Sequence record: ON528727
Strand: one strand, 5' to 3'
Length of the DNA: 64,000 nt
Source: Shigella phage ESh17
The position numbers and the translations under genes were made by a program. Of the stretch, positions 49,632-59,459 are shown piece by piece; position 1 is the first letter of the stretch; each line of letters begins with the position of its first letter. The notes beneath the pieces were generated by a model. It saw nothing but the letters and a program-made list of their open reading frames with translations. It was not told the DNA's origin and made no database searches.

Positions 49632-50105
49632 ATGAAATCATATACTCAATTTTTAAATGAAGCGGTGTTAAATGAAGCGTCTAGCACCGAAATTCAAGCT
49701 GTCGCAAAAGCAGCCATTGCAGCGGGTAAATATTCCTATAAAGATGCTTCTGATGAATCACGATTCCAATTTGCTCGCGACATGAAAGCAGAAGGATTTA
49801 CGGGGAATGCTGTTAGTATGGCCTGGAAAAGTTTAGTTGCTACTGGCGCTGCTTTTGCAAAGGCTTCGGGTAAACCTGCTCCTAAAGCAGATCCTAAAGT
49901 CACACAAGAGAAAAATATCGTTAAAGGAATTATCTCCAAATATGAAGCTATCCTTAAAGAGCTTTTAGTAATCAAAACTGAAGGCCAAAAGCTAGCTCGT
50001 GCTTATAGTTTCAAAGATAACCCACATGCTCACTCTCTTGAGTATGTTGAAGACATCCAAAAAATTATTAAAGACCGCATTTGGTCTGCTAAACAAATCA
50101 AATAA
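49632..50105 (+). CDS. Internal (capsid-injected) protein with capsid targeting sequence
   Basis: 157 aa; N-terminus MKSYTQFLNEA with L-N-E cleavage motif; flanked by near-identical terminators. Confidence 0.6.
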   Translation: MKSYTQFLNEAVLNEASSTEIQAVAKAAIAAGKYSYKDASDESRFQFARDMKAEGFTGNAVSMAWKSLVATGAAFAKASGKPAPKADPKVTQEKNIVKGIISKYEAILKELLVIKTEGQKLARAYSFKDNPHAHSLEYVEDIQKIIKDRIWSAKQIK

Positions 50106-50113
50106 CATTCTTA

Positions 50114-50140
50114 GCCCTAGCCGAAAGGTTGGGGCTTTTT
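50114..50140 (+). terminator. Rho-independent terminator, copy 2 (near-identical to 49559-49585)
   Basis: GCCCTAGCC-GAAA-GGTTGGGGC hairpin + TTTTT. Confidence 0.7.
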
Positions 50141-50273
50141 GGTATCTAGGCCTTTCCAGGCCTCTCTAGACATCATTTAGTTTCTACCCTTTATAATATA
50201 TTATCCTATCCTTTGATTTCCCCTCCCTGCCCTAGAATTCCCCAAAACTTTTTAAAAATTTTTTCACAAAACG

Positions 50274-50303
50274 GTTTACATCCTTGTCCTTCCATGGTAC
50301 TAT
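50274..50303 (+). promoter_or_regulatory. T4-type early promoter
   Basis: GTTTAC 50274-50279, TGgTACTAT -10 50298-50303. Confidence 0.6.
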
Positions 50304-50346
50304 ACAACTATCAACTACTGATACAGAAAACAACTTGGAGAATGAA

Positions 50347-50610
50347 ATGGATAATTACGGTGAGCTGTTCAACTTCTTTATGAAATGTGTTTCAGAAGAT
50401 TTCGGTCGTACAGTGAATGATATTAAAGTTATCGGTCCTGATCATCCGTTGTTTGAAACTTACGCAGTAATGGGTAATGAAGATGGTCAGTGGTATACTG
50501 TAAAGGTTGTGATTAACATGTTCACTGCTGAAAGTTATGTTAAACTGTCTTCTAAAGTTTATCATGATAATGATGAAATTGCTGAAGAATATTTCAATAA
50601 TATGAAATAA
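50347..50610 (+). CDS. Hypothetical acidic protein
   Basis: Track ORF starts at 50284 inside the promoter; ATG at 50347 after GGAG gives 87 aa. Confidence 0.55.
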   Translation: MDNYGELFNFFMKCVSEDFGRTVNDIKVIGPDHPLFETYAVMGNEDGQWYTVKVVINMFTAESYVKLSSKVYHDNDEIAEEYFNNMK

Positions 50611-50640
50611 GTTTACACAGGCTCATGATTGAGATATTAT
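50611..50640 (+). promoter_or_regulatory. T4-type early promoter
   Basis: GTTTAC 50611-50616, TATTAT -10 50635-50640. Confidence 0.5.
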
Positions 50641-50666
50641 GAGCCTATAACTTTGAGGAGAACATT

Positions 50667-50999
50667 ATGAAACGTAACTTTAGTAAAGCTTTTTGTAATA
50701 GAAATTATTATCCTGAAGAGCTTTTTGAATCTAAGGACTTTGAAGAGTTTAATGAACGCTCTCAAAACATGCCTGTACAATGGGTGTTGGATTATGCTAA
50801 ACGTATCTTTGAAGGTGTACGTTGGTTCAGTCCTGATGATGAAGCCCCATATTTTCAAAGGGCATGGTCTATAGTCAATCAAGCTTATATTGATGCTTTA
50901 GAAAATATTAATATTATAGATGATGATGCTTTGTTAATCATCGATGAGTCTATTAATAGTAGTATCGATAAATTTATTGATGAATTGGACGAAGAATAA
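50667..50999 (+). CDS. Hypothetical acidic protein
   Basis: 110 aa ORF, RBS GAGGAG, early promoter upstream. Confidence 0.6.
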   Translation: MKRNFSKAFCNRNYYPEELFESKDFEEFNERSQNMPVQWVLDYAKRIFEGVRWFSPDDEAPYFQRAWSIVNQAYIDALENINIIDDDALLIIDESINSSIDKFIDELDEE

Positions 51000-51029
51000 G
51001 TTTACAAACTCTTGGGAGTAGAGTATAAT
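51000..51029 (+). promoter_or_regulatory. T4-type early promoter
   Basis: GTTTAC 51000-51005, TATAAT 51024-51029 embedded in inverted repeat GGGAGTA...TACTCCC. Confidence 0.55.
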
Positions 51030-51073
51030 ACTCCCACGGATTATAAAACCCTTAATTAACTAAAGGAAATGCT

Positions 51074-51667
51074 ATGAACATGCTGAAGAAAATTGTTGAG
51101 TTTATTCGCACTAAACTTGGTTCTGCTATGGCTAAAAATCTATCTGTTGAAGAACAGTATACTGCTGCGGCAGCAAAACTACTTGATAAGATTAAAGATC
51201 TAAAAACTGCTTCTGTTAAATCTATTAATGAAGAAAAGCGTATTCGTGAACTTATTGTCGAAAAGAATAAGCAGGCCGAATCAAAAGAGCGTGAAATTCG
51301 CAAGCTTCTTTCTGAAGGTCAAGATGTAACAATGCATGCTAAACTCGGTTTACTATATCGTCGAACAGCTGAGCAGTTGACTACTAAAGCTGATGGTTAT
51401 GCTGAAATGCGAATTGAAATTGCCAAGAAAGTAGTTGAGTTAGATGATGCTCGCCAAGAACTTGCAGTTAAATTGGAATATATCCGTGAAACTCGTGCTG
51501 CGAATGCCCTCGGAATTAGTACTGCCGATGATGTAGTTGAAATTGCAGCGCTGACTAAGGTTGATATTGAAGATACTCTTGCCCGAGTTGAAACCTTTAA
51601 TGGCAATATTTCTGGGGTTGAAACTACCTCTGCCGATGTTCAGGAATACATTAATTCTCTGAAATAA
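51074..51667 (+). CDS. Coiled-coil protein, possibly PspA/IM30-like
   Basis: 197 aa, helical heptad-rich; early promoter at 51000-51029; hairpin after stop. Confidence 0.5.
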   Translation: MNMLKKIVEFIRTKLGSAMAKNLSVEEQYTAAAAKLLDKIKDLKTASVKSINEEKRIRELIVEKNKQAESKEREIRKLLSEGQDVTMHAKLGLLYRRTAEQLTTKADGYAEMRIEIAKKVVELDDARQELAVKLEYIRETRAANALGISTADDVVEIAALTKVDIEDTLARVETFNGNISGVETTSADVQEYINSLK

Positions 51668-51672
51668 TGATA

Positions 51673-51690
51673 AGGGGCTTCGGCCCCTAT
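51673..51690 (+). terminator. Hairpin after coiled-coil gene
   Basis: AGGGGCTTCGGCCCCT; poor T-run. Confidence 0.4.
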
Positions 51691-51708
51691 TACTTGGAGT
51701 AAATAGGA

Positions 51709-52314
51709 ATGAAAATGCAAAGTGATTTCAATTCAATGTTTGAAGAGTTCCAAAGACAGGTTGATGTTCCAGATCAATTACTAAATGCTCTTAAACGTAT
51801 GGCAGAAGGACGTAATTACTATTGGGGGTCTTCATATGAAACTGATGAAAGTCTTTCTGGATTTTATAAAGGTAAAAAGTCTTTAATACGTCCTGGAATA
51901 CTCATTAAAAGTATTGAATCAATTCATTCATTGACATGTGATTTTGATGTTGAATTTACTGATTTCATTTCTCCTGAATGGACGGTTTGTTATTTAAACG
52001 ACGATTATGATTATCTTGGCGTTTATAGTTTAAGTGACGCATGGTTTAAACGTAATTTACAAAAGTCAAATTTGTTCTATATTGATACTACGGTAAAATT
52101 TCAGGGAAAGAAATATTTCTTTACTCTTATAGTTGACTCTGAAACAAAATATGAAAATAAGCGTATTCTTAATAAAAAGAATATCTTAACTATCGTTGAT
52201 GATCTTTTTGATAAATTCGTGGAAAATCCTAATTTTGAAAGCGATTTATTATTAGAAAAATTTGTTAAGGAATGTAGAGAATATGTCAAAGCCATCACTA
52301 TACCTTCCAAGTAA
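51709..52314 (+). CDS. Hypothetical protein
   Basis: 201 aa ORF. Confidence 0.6.
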   Translation: MKMQSDFNSMFEEFQRQVDVPDQLLNALKRMAEGRNYYWGSSYETDESLSGFYKGKKSLIRPGILIKSIESIHSLTCDFDVEFTDFISPEWTVCYLNDDYDYLGVYSLSDAWFKRNLQKSNLFYIDTTVKFQGKKYFFTLIVDSETKYENKRILNKKNILTIVDDLFDKFVENPNFESDLLLEKFVKECREYVKAITIPSK

Positions 52315-52675
52315 ACCTGTGAAGTATGAACTAAAGCGTCAGCTAATTCCTACTGATGTATTAATAGGTCCTGTGACAGCTATATCATTTGTAATTCTAT
52401 TGGTTGTTGGAATGGTTATAGACTTTATGACTGATATTGAATCTGGCGTAATATTTTTGTTAGTATTAATTCTTCCATTAGTAGTTCCGCTTTTATTAGT
52501 ACCTATAAATTGGATAGGATATTGGTATCAAGGAAGACACTATCGTAAACGTGTACGTGATTGGAAAGCTCAGTGTAAAAAGATTAAAAAGGAACATCAG
52601 CTTAAACTTGCTGCGCATGAATTTGATGAAATTATGAAATTTGTTAAGGAATCACGATGCAAAAGCCAAAACTAA
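52283..52675 (+). CDS. Small membrane protein, paralogue 1 of 3
   Basis: Track 52262..52675; ATG at 52283 gives 130 aa; TM stretch then basic tail with QCKKIKKEHQ. Confidence 0.55.
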   Translation: MSKPSLYLPSKPVKYELKRQLIPTDVLIGPVTAISFVILLVVGMVIDFMTDIESGVIFLLVLILPLVVPLLLVPINWIGYWYQGRHYRKRVRDWKAQCKKIKKEHQLKLAAHEFDEIMKFVKESRCKSQN

Positions 52676-53019
52676 ATAAAGTCAAATATTCTCTTCCTGA
52701 GTCATTTTTAATTTTTGCTGTAGCGTTGGCTGCAGCTCTTGCGGGTAGTCTTTTTGGATTGTTAATTGACTGTCTTATTTTAAACATTGACGGCACAGTA
52801 AATATAATAGAAGTTTGGAGTGAACTTCACTATACTAAAATTATTTCATTATTTTCATTCTTTGGTACAATGTTATATTTTCATTATGATAATTTTAAAA
52901 TAAATTGGCAAAGAAAAAAGGATTACAAAATACAATTAAAGGAATATAATAGCTACATGTCTTATATTGAAAAAGAATCAATGGAAGAGTTTGTGAGTGA
53001 TTGTAGGAAAATTAAATGA
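52657..53019 (+). CDS. Small membrane protein, paralogue 2 of 3
   Basis: 120 aa; TM stretches; C-terminus EEFVSDCRKIK. Confidence 0.6.
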   Translation: MQKPKLNKVKYSLPESFLIFAVALAAALAGSLFGLLIDCLILNIDGTVNIIEVWSELHYTKIISLFSFFGTMLYFHYDNFKINWQRKKDYKIQLKEYNSYMSYIEKESMEEFVSDCRKIK

Positions 53020-53485
53020 TTTTAAAAACTCGCTGGTATGATTTAGATGATGGGGATGATGGCATTTCAGTTGATAGAGTTGACTGGAATGGTTGTTCCG
53101 AAGATATGAAAAATTTGTTGATTAGGGAGTTTAGAATGGGATATCAAGCAGCTAAGCCATCTATTATAACAGATGATAAATTCGTGTGTATTCATAATGG
53201 TCGTGCTAAGTTAACGAACGCTGATTGGTTCACAGATAAAATTATGATTCTGTGGTATATTATTAGTCTTCCTGTGACATCATTCGTATTTTACTTTTTT
53301 ATAAAAAATCCAATGGACAGAATAGGAGATTGGATTCTTTTAACCATACTTGTTAATATTTTTACAGCAGCAATATTATCTGGGATATGGTGCGTGTTCA
53401 TTGAAATGCCATGGCGGCTACGCAGACAGCAAAAGATTTTTGATGAAAAGAAATACACTCAAAATTTAAATAACTTTATCACTGA

Positions 53486-53504
<19 letters not shown>
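53016..53504 (+). CDS. Small membrane protein, paralogue 3 of 3
   Basis: 162 aa; TM stretches; C-terminus NNFITECRKLK. Confidence 0.6.
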
Positions 53505-54473
<969 letters not shown>

Positions 54474-54477
54474 AGTT

Positions 54478-54507
54478 GTTTACTTTCTCCTAGAATTGTG
54501 ATAGTAT
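54478..54507 (+). promoter_or_regulatory. T4-type early promoter upstream of IPIII-like gene
   Basis: GTTTAC 54478-54483, TGaTAGTAT -10 54502-54507. Confidence 0.6.
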
Positions 54508-54567
54508 ATTCACAGTTACTTGAAGAGATAAATTATTAATTAAAATATTTACATTTAAAGGATACAC

Positions 54568-55041
54568 ATGAAAACATATCAAGAATTTATTACTGAAGCA
54601 GCTATTAATTCTCAAATTATTGCTGAATCTTTTACTGATCTTTTGAAATTTAAAAAAGGTCAAAAAATCACTGCTGTATTGGATGATGGTACAGAAGTTG
54701 AGATGGATGTACAGGGATATAATTATGCAGTAGATGGAAAACTGTATAATAAATCTCATGCTAAATTTGATTCATTTGACGACTTTGTTAATACAGTTGA
54801 AGATGAAAAAACTCGTAGATCCATTGCAACTGGCGACGCTAAGGTTCTTATGGCACATGGCCATGAACGCATCCGCGCTAAACAGAATAAAATGGGCGAA
54901 GATAATTTTGCATTAGTTGGTTATCAATCTGGTAAACAAACTTATGGCTATCAACGTACTGCTACCATGTATAACAAAAATGGTAAAATTGCCTTTGTGA
55001 ATAGTAAAGGTTCTATTCAGTACGTTAAATCGTTCAAATAA
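54568..55041 (+). CDS. Internal (capsid-injected) protein, IPIII/IPII-like
   Basis: 157 aa; N-terminus MKTYQEFITEAAINSQIIAE (CTS with I-T-E and I-A-E motifs); early promoter upstream; adjacent to e as ipIII in T4. Confidence 0.65.
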   Translation: MKTYQEFITEAAINSQIIAESFTDLLKFKKGQKITAVLDDGTEVEMDVQGYNYAVDGKLYNKSHAKFDSFDDFVNTVEDEKTRRSIATGDAKVLMAHGHERIRAKQNKMGEDNFALVGYQSGKQTYGYQRTATMYNKNGKIAFVNSKGSIQYVKSFK

Positions 55042-55194
55042 GCAAATAAGAAATATGGGAACAAGCTGGACCTCATGATTCTGTGAGGGATTCCCGCCAA
55101 CCTGTAATAAGGTCGAGCCCAAGTGCGGTAATGGGTAAATACAGAAATGGACAATTCATGCGCCATGGAATGGCCCAAATTTAGAGAGAATAAA

Positions 55195-55734
55195 ATGAGA
55201 ACATTTTTAACTGGTCCTTATCTATCCCTGATGAATGCTTTTACACACCATTCTGATGCTAGAGTAGAAGAAATTTGTAAAAACGATTATATCCCACCAT
55301 TTGAAGAATTACTTAAACAGTATTGCACACTTCGACTAGATGGTGGACGTCAATCCGGTAAATCAATTGCTGTGACTAACTTTGCTGCTAATTGGCTGTA
55401 TGATGGCGGAACAGTTATTGTTCTTTCTAATACTTCAGCTTACGCTAAAATTTCTGCAAATAACATCAAAAAGGAATTTTCGCGTTATTCTAATGATGAT
55501 ATACGTTTTCGTTTATTTACTGATTCTGTGCGCAGTTTTATTGGTAATAAAGGAAGTAAGTTCAGAGGTTTATCGCTTTCGCGAATTTTGTATATAATTG
55601 ATGAGCCTGTCAAATCTCCTGATATGGATAAGATTTATAGCGTCCATATTGACACTGTACACTACTGCTGCAATAGTAAATGTTGCATTGGTGGTATTAC
55701 TCGTCCACAGTTTTTCGTAATCGGAATGCAATGA
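55195..55734 (+). CDS. Small P-loop NTPase of unknown function
   Basis: Track 55147..55734; ATG at 55195 gives 179 aa; Walker A GGRQSGKS and Walker B ILYIIDE; Cys-rich C-terminus. Confidence 0.55.
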   Translation: MRTFLTGPYLSLMNAFTHHSDARVEEICKNDYIPPFEELLKQYCTLRLDGGRQSGKSIAVTNFAANWLYDGGTVIVLSNTSAYAKISANNIKKEFSRYSNDDIRFRLFTDSVRSFIGNKGSKFRGLSLSRILYIIDEPVKSPDMDKIYSVHIDTVHYCCNSKCCIGGITRPQFFVIGMQ

Positions 55735-56060
55735 TGACAGACACTCAGCTTTTCGAATATCTTTATTTTTCGCCAAAAACTATTAAAAATAAATTGGTGA
55801 ATCATTTTGAAATTTTAGCAAATAATAACATTTTGAGCGAATTTTATCCCAAGCAATACAAATTACAAAAAGGCGTATTCAAAGGATGCAGAGTTTTGTG
55901 TACTGCTCCTAATGCACGGCTAATGAATAAAATTCCATATTTTACCATGGAATTTATTGATGGGCCTTTTAAAGGACTAATCACCCAAAGTTTAATGGCA
56001 TATGATTCTGAGCCATTTTTAATTAAAGAACAATCTTGGATAAATTTATTTTCTAATTGA
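55731..56060 (+). CDS. Hypothetical protein
   Basis: ATGA overlap with previous gene; 109 aa. Confidence 0.55.
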   Translation: MMTDTQLFEYLYFSPKTIKNKLVNHFEILANNNILSEFYPKQYKLQKGVFKGCRVLCTAPNARLMNKIPYFTMEFIDGPFKGLITQSLMAYDSEPFLIKEQSWINLFSN

Positions 56061-56067
56061 GGTTTAT

Positions 56068-56430
56068 ATGAAAGCATATCAAATTCTTGAAGGCACACAT
56101 AAAGGTACTATTTATTTTGAAGATGGTATTCAAGCACGAATTATTGTTTCTAAAACCTTTAAAGAGGACTCTTTTGTAGACCCAGAAATTTTCTACGGTT
56201 TGCACACCCGTGAAATTGAAATTGAATCACAGCCTACAGTTAAAATTGAAGGTGGTCAACACCTGAACGTAAACGTTCTGCGTCGTGAAACTCTGGAAGA
56301 TGCAGTTAAGCATCCGGAAAAATATCCGCAGCTGACCATCCGTGTATCCGGATATGCAGTTCGCTTTAACTCTCTGACTCCGGAACAGCAGCGCGACGTT
56401 ATCGCTCGTACCTTTACTGAGAGTTTGTAA
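56068..56430 (+). CDS. Autonomous glycyl radical cofactor (GrcA/YfiD-like)
   Basis: 120 aa; C-terminal about 60 aa carry the glycyl-radical motif RVSGYAV and match the GrcA C-terminus as I recall it; 3' half has host-like codons. Confidence 0.8.
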   Translation: MKAYQILEGTHKGTIYFEDGIQARIIVSKTFKEDSFVDPEIFYGLHTREIEIESQPTVKIEGGQHLNVNVLRRETLEDAVKHPEKYPQLTIRVSGYAVRFNSLTPEQQRDVIARTFTESL

Positions 56431-56651
56431 TGGCAAAGATAATTATTGAAGGTTCTAAAGATGTGCTAAATGCTTTCGCCGAGTGGTTTAGTAATTCAGG
56501 CGAACAGCAATTTAACGAAGCCTGGAATATGGGTGATATTGATGGAATTTATCCTACGACAGAAATTTCTGTTCAAGGATATGGCATTCATGAACCTATT
56601 CGTTTAGTTGAATATGATTTATGTACTGGTGAGGAAGTCAAATATGATTGA
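56430..56651 (+). CDS. Hypothetical small protein
   Basis: 73 aa, overlapping stop/start with GrcA-like gene. Confidence 0.55.
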   Translation: MAKIIIEGSKDVLNAFAEWFSNSGEQQFNEAWNMGDIDGIYPTTEISVQGYGIHEPIRLVEYDLCTGEEVKYD

Positions 56652-56910
56652 AGACATTAAAGGTTATAAGCCGCATACTGAAGAGAAAATCGGTAAAGTG
56701 AATGCTATCAAAGACGCTGAAGTTCGTTTAGGACTTATCTTTGATGCTTTATACGATGAATTTTGGGAAGCATTTGATAGCTGTGAAGATGATGAACTCG
56801 CGAAGAATTACGCCGAAAGCCTCGATCAGTTAACTATTGCTAAAACGAAACTCAAAGAAGCAAGTATGTGGGCTTGCCGTGCTGTGTTCCAACCAGAGGA
56901 AAAATACTAA
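56644..56910 (+). CDS. Hypothetical small acidic protein (vs.4 position; possible Acb2-like nucleotide sponge)
   Basis: 88 aa from ATG 56644 (track 56608); assignment by synteny and size only. Confidence 0.45.
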   Translation: MIEDIKGYKPHTEEKIGKVNAIKDAEVRLGLIFDALYDEFWEAFDSCEDDELAKNYAESLDQLTIAKTKLKEASMWACRAVFQPEEKY

Positions 56911-57188
56911 TGGCTCAATTAAGTGCAGGGTTTGGTTATGAGTATTATACTGCACCTCGTCGTGTATCTGCCGCTCCTAAGAAAATTCAAAGTCTTGATG
57001 ACTTTCAGGAAGTAGTCCGTAAAGCTTTTCAGGACTATGCACGTTATCTTAAAGAAGATTCACAGGACTGTCTCGAAGAAGATGAAATTGCTTACTATGA
57101 GCAGCGTCTTGAACAGCTTAAAAACTTACGTGAGGTTCGTGCAGAAGTTTCAAAGTCTATGAATAAATTGATTAGATTTAAAGAATAA
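56910..57188 (+). CDS. Hypothetical protein
   Basis: 92 aa from ATG 56910 (track 56868), overlaps previous stop. Confidence 0.55.
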   Translation: MAQLSAGFGYEYYTAPRRVSAAPKKIQSLDDFQEVVRKAFQDYARYLKEDSQDCLEEDEIAYYEQRLEQLKNLREVRAEVSKSMNKLIRFKE

Positions 57189-57190
57189 CT

Positions 57191-57220
57191 GTTTACTTTT
57201 CCTCTTGACTGTGGTATAAT
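57191..57220 (+). promoter_or_regulatory. T4-type early promoter for regB
   Basis: GTTTAC 57191-57196, TGgTATAAT -10 57215-57220. Confidence 0.65.
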
Positions 57221-57247
57221 TTTTCTATCAGTTAAGAGGAGAATAAC

Positions 57248-57709
57248 ATGACTATCAACACAGAAGTTTTTATCCGTCGAAATAAGCTTCGTCGTCATTT
57301 TGAGTCGGAGTTTCGTCAAATTAACAATGAGATTCGTGAGGCATCAAAAGCAGCAGGGGTCTCATCGTTTCATCTAAAATATTCTCAGCATCTTCTTGAT
57401 CGTGCAATTCAACGGGAGATTGATGAGACATATGTTTTTGAATTATTCCATAAAATAAAAGACCATGTTTTAGAAGTTAATGAATTCCTGAGTATGCCTC
57501 CGCGTCCTGACATTGACGAGGATTTTATTGATGGGGTTGAATATCGTCCTGGACGTTTAGAAATCACAGATGGAAATCTTTGGCTTGGGTTTACAGTTTG
57601 TAAACCTAATGCGAAGTTCAAAGACCCGTCGCTTCAATGCAGGATGGCAATTATTAACAGTCGTCGTTTACCAGGAAAGGCTTCTAAAGCAGTAATTAAA
57701 ACTCAATGA
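57248..57709 (+). CDS. regB: RegB site-specific endoribonuclease
   Basis: 153 aa starting MTINTEVFIRRNKLRRHF, T4 RegB size and N-terminus as I recall it; own early promoter. Confidence 0.75.
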   Translation: MTINTEVFIRRNKLRRHFESEFRQINNEIREASKAAGVSSFHLKYSQHLLDRAIQREIDETYVFELFHKIKDHVLEVNEFLSMPPRPDIDEDFIDGVEYRPGRLEITDGNLWLGFTVCKPNAKFKDPSLQCRMAIINSRRLPGKASKAVIKTQ

Positions 57710-57716
57710 GGTAAGC

Positions 57717-58262
57717 ATGAGAAAAGCACTACTCGCTGGTCTATTGGCCATTTCAATGATGGCACATAGCTCCGAGCATACTTTCAGTAATGTCCAACTC
57801 GATAACATGCGTTACGCGTATCAATTCGGGGAACAGTTTTCTAAGGATGGAAAATATAAAACACACAAAAATATCCACAAGAGCGGATTAGGTCATATAA
57901 TGGCTGCTATTTTATGGCAAGAAAGCTCTGGCGGAGTTAATTTAAAATCTAAACCAAAGCATCACGCCTACGGAATGTTCCAAAATTATTTGCCTACTAT
58001 GCGAGCAAGAGTTAAGGAACTTGGTTATAATATGACCGATGCTGAAATAAAAAGAATGTTGAATAAACGATCCAATTCAGCTTCCTGGGCGTACATTGAA
58101 CTTTCTTATTGGTTAAATATACATAAGGGCGATATAAGAAAAGCAATATCCTCTTATAATTCGGGATGGAATGTTAAAGCAGGTTCTAAATATGCTTCTG
58201 AAGTCCTAGAAAAGGCTAATTACCTTAAAAATAATAAACTTTTGGAAATAGTAAATGACTAA
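57717..58262 (+). CDS. Secreted protein with lytic-transglycosylase-like motif (vs.1 position)
   Basis: 181 aa; signal peptide MRKALLAGLLAISMMAHS; ESSGG...YGMFQ resembles SLT-domain catalytic motif. Confidence 0.5.
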   Translation: MRKALLAGLLAISMMAHSSEHTFSNVQLDNMRYAYQFGEQFSKDGKYKTHKNIHKSGLGHIMAAILWQESSGGVNLKSKPKHHAYGMFQNYLPTMRARVKELGYNMTDAEIKRMLNKRSNSASWAYIELSYWLNIHKGDIRKAISSYNSGWNVKAGSKYASEVLEKANYLKNNKLLEIVND

Positions 58263-58596
58263 AATTTTGGTTTTATGTATAGGATTAATTTCATTTTCTG
58301 CGTTAGCAGATACATCATATACTGAAATTAGAGAGTATGTAAACCGTACTGCAGCGGATTATTGCGGGAAAAATAAAGCATGCCAAGCTGAATTTGCGCA
58401 GAAATTAATATATGCATATAAAGACGGAGAAAGAGATAAATCAAGTAGATACAAAAACGATACATTATTAAAACGATATGCTAAAAAGTGGAATACCTTA
58501 GAATGTTCAGTTGCGGAGGAGAAAGATAAAGCCGCTTGTCATTCAATGGTTGACCGTTTGGTAGATTCTTATAATCGAGGATTGAGTACTAGATGA
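58255..58596 (+). CDS. Secreted small protein (vs position)
   Basis: 113 aa; signal peptide MTKILVLCIGLISFSALA; four Cys. Confidence 0.5.
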   Translation: MTKILVLCIGLISFSALADTSYTEIREYVNRTAADYCGKNKACQAEFAQKLIYAYKDGERDKSSRYKNDTLLKRYAKKWNTLECSVAEEKDKAACHSMVDRLVDSYNRGLSTR

Positions 58597-59072
58597 TTGT
58601 AAAATATATCAAGGGCGATATTGTCGCCCTATTTCTTCAAGGTAATATTATTGCGCACGGGTGCAATTGTTTTCATACTATGGGTTCAGGTGTAGCGGGT
58701 CAATTAGCAAGAGCCTATCCCAAAATTTTAGAAATAGATAAAACCACTACTGAGTACGGTTCTCGTGATAAATTAGGCGATATGTCTATTGTTTTTAAAC
58801 ATAAACCTAATGGTTTTGGCATATGTTATAACTTGTATACGCAATACGAACCAGGTCCTAATCTTGATTATGGTGCTTTAGTAAACTGCATGATAGAATT
58901 AAATCTACAGGCAGAAACCCTTTTGTTTAAACCGGTAATTTACATTCCACGCATAGGTTGTGGTATTGCTGGCGGCGATTGGGATAAGGTTTCTAAATTA
59001 ATCGACATGTTTACTCCTGATATTGATTTAATAGTGGTGGATTATGAAAGTACATTACCCGCATCCGTTTGA
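58593..59072 (+). CDS. Putative macro-domain (ADP-ribose binding/hydrolase) protein
   Basis: 159 aa; HGCNCFHTMGSGVAGQL and GCGIAGGDW resemble macro-domain motifs; weak call. Confidence 0.4.
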   Translation: MIVKYIKGDIVALFLQGNIIAHGCNCFHTMGSGVAGQLARAYPKILEIDKTTTEYGSRDKLGDMSIVFKHKPNGFGICYNLYTQYEPGPNLDYGALVNCMIELNLQAETLLFKPVIYIPRIGCGIAGGDWDKVSKLIDMFTPDIDLIVVDYESTLPASV

Positions 59073-59256
59073 TCCTAAAAACAAAGCAGTAATTATTCGT
59101 CAATGGGAACGCATTTGCCGTACTAAATGTCCAATTAATAGTCCACATGATGTAGATAAAGACTACATTGGAACATTCGTTGAATATACCTTTATTGATA
59201 AGAAAGGTCGTAAACAACATGTAGAAGAATATTGCTTAAAGGTTACATGGTTATGA
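59044..59256 (+). CDS. Hypothetical small protein
   Basis: 70 aa ORF overlapping previous 3' end. Confidence 0.5.
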   Translation: MKVHYPHPFDPKNKAVIIRQWERICRTKCPINSPHDVDKDYIGTFVEYTFIDKKGRKQHVEEYCLKVTWL

Positions 59257-59459
59257 GCCAAACTAGTATTCTTAAAAATGCCCACTGTGAAAAGTGTAAG
59301 TGGCCTGTTGTTTTTGCTTTATGCAACGATGAAATGGCTTGTGATTTCGATTATTGGTGCTATTGTTCTAATAAAGGATGCATCAATCATAAAGGTGAAG
59401 GATTTTATTCAGGATTTTATCCTTATCCTGATTTCGTTAAAGAAGGTAAACCAAAATGA
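59253..59459 (+). CDS. Cys-rich small protein (putative zinc-binding)
   Basis: ATGA overlap start at 59253 (track 59232); CEKCKW...C...C...CYC...C pattern. Confidence 0.5.
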   Translation: MSQTSILKNAHCEKCKWPVVFALCNDEMACDFDYWCYCSNKGCINHKGEGFYSGFYPYPDFVKEGKPK

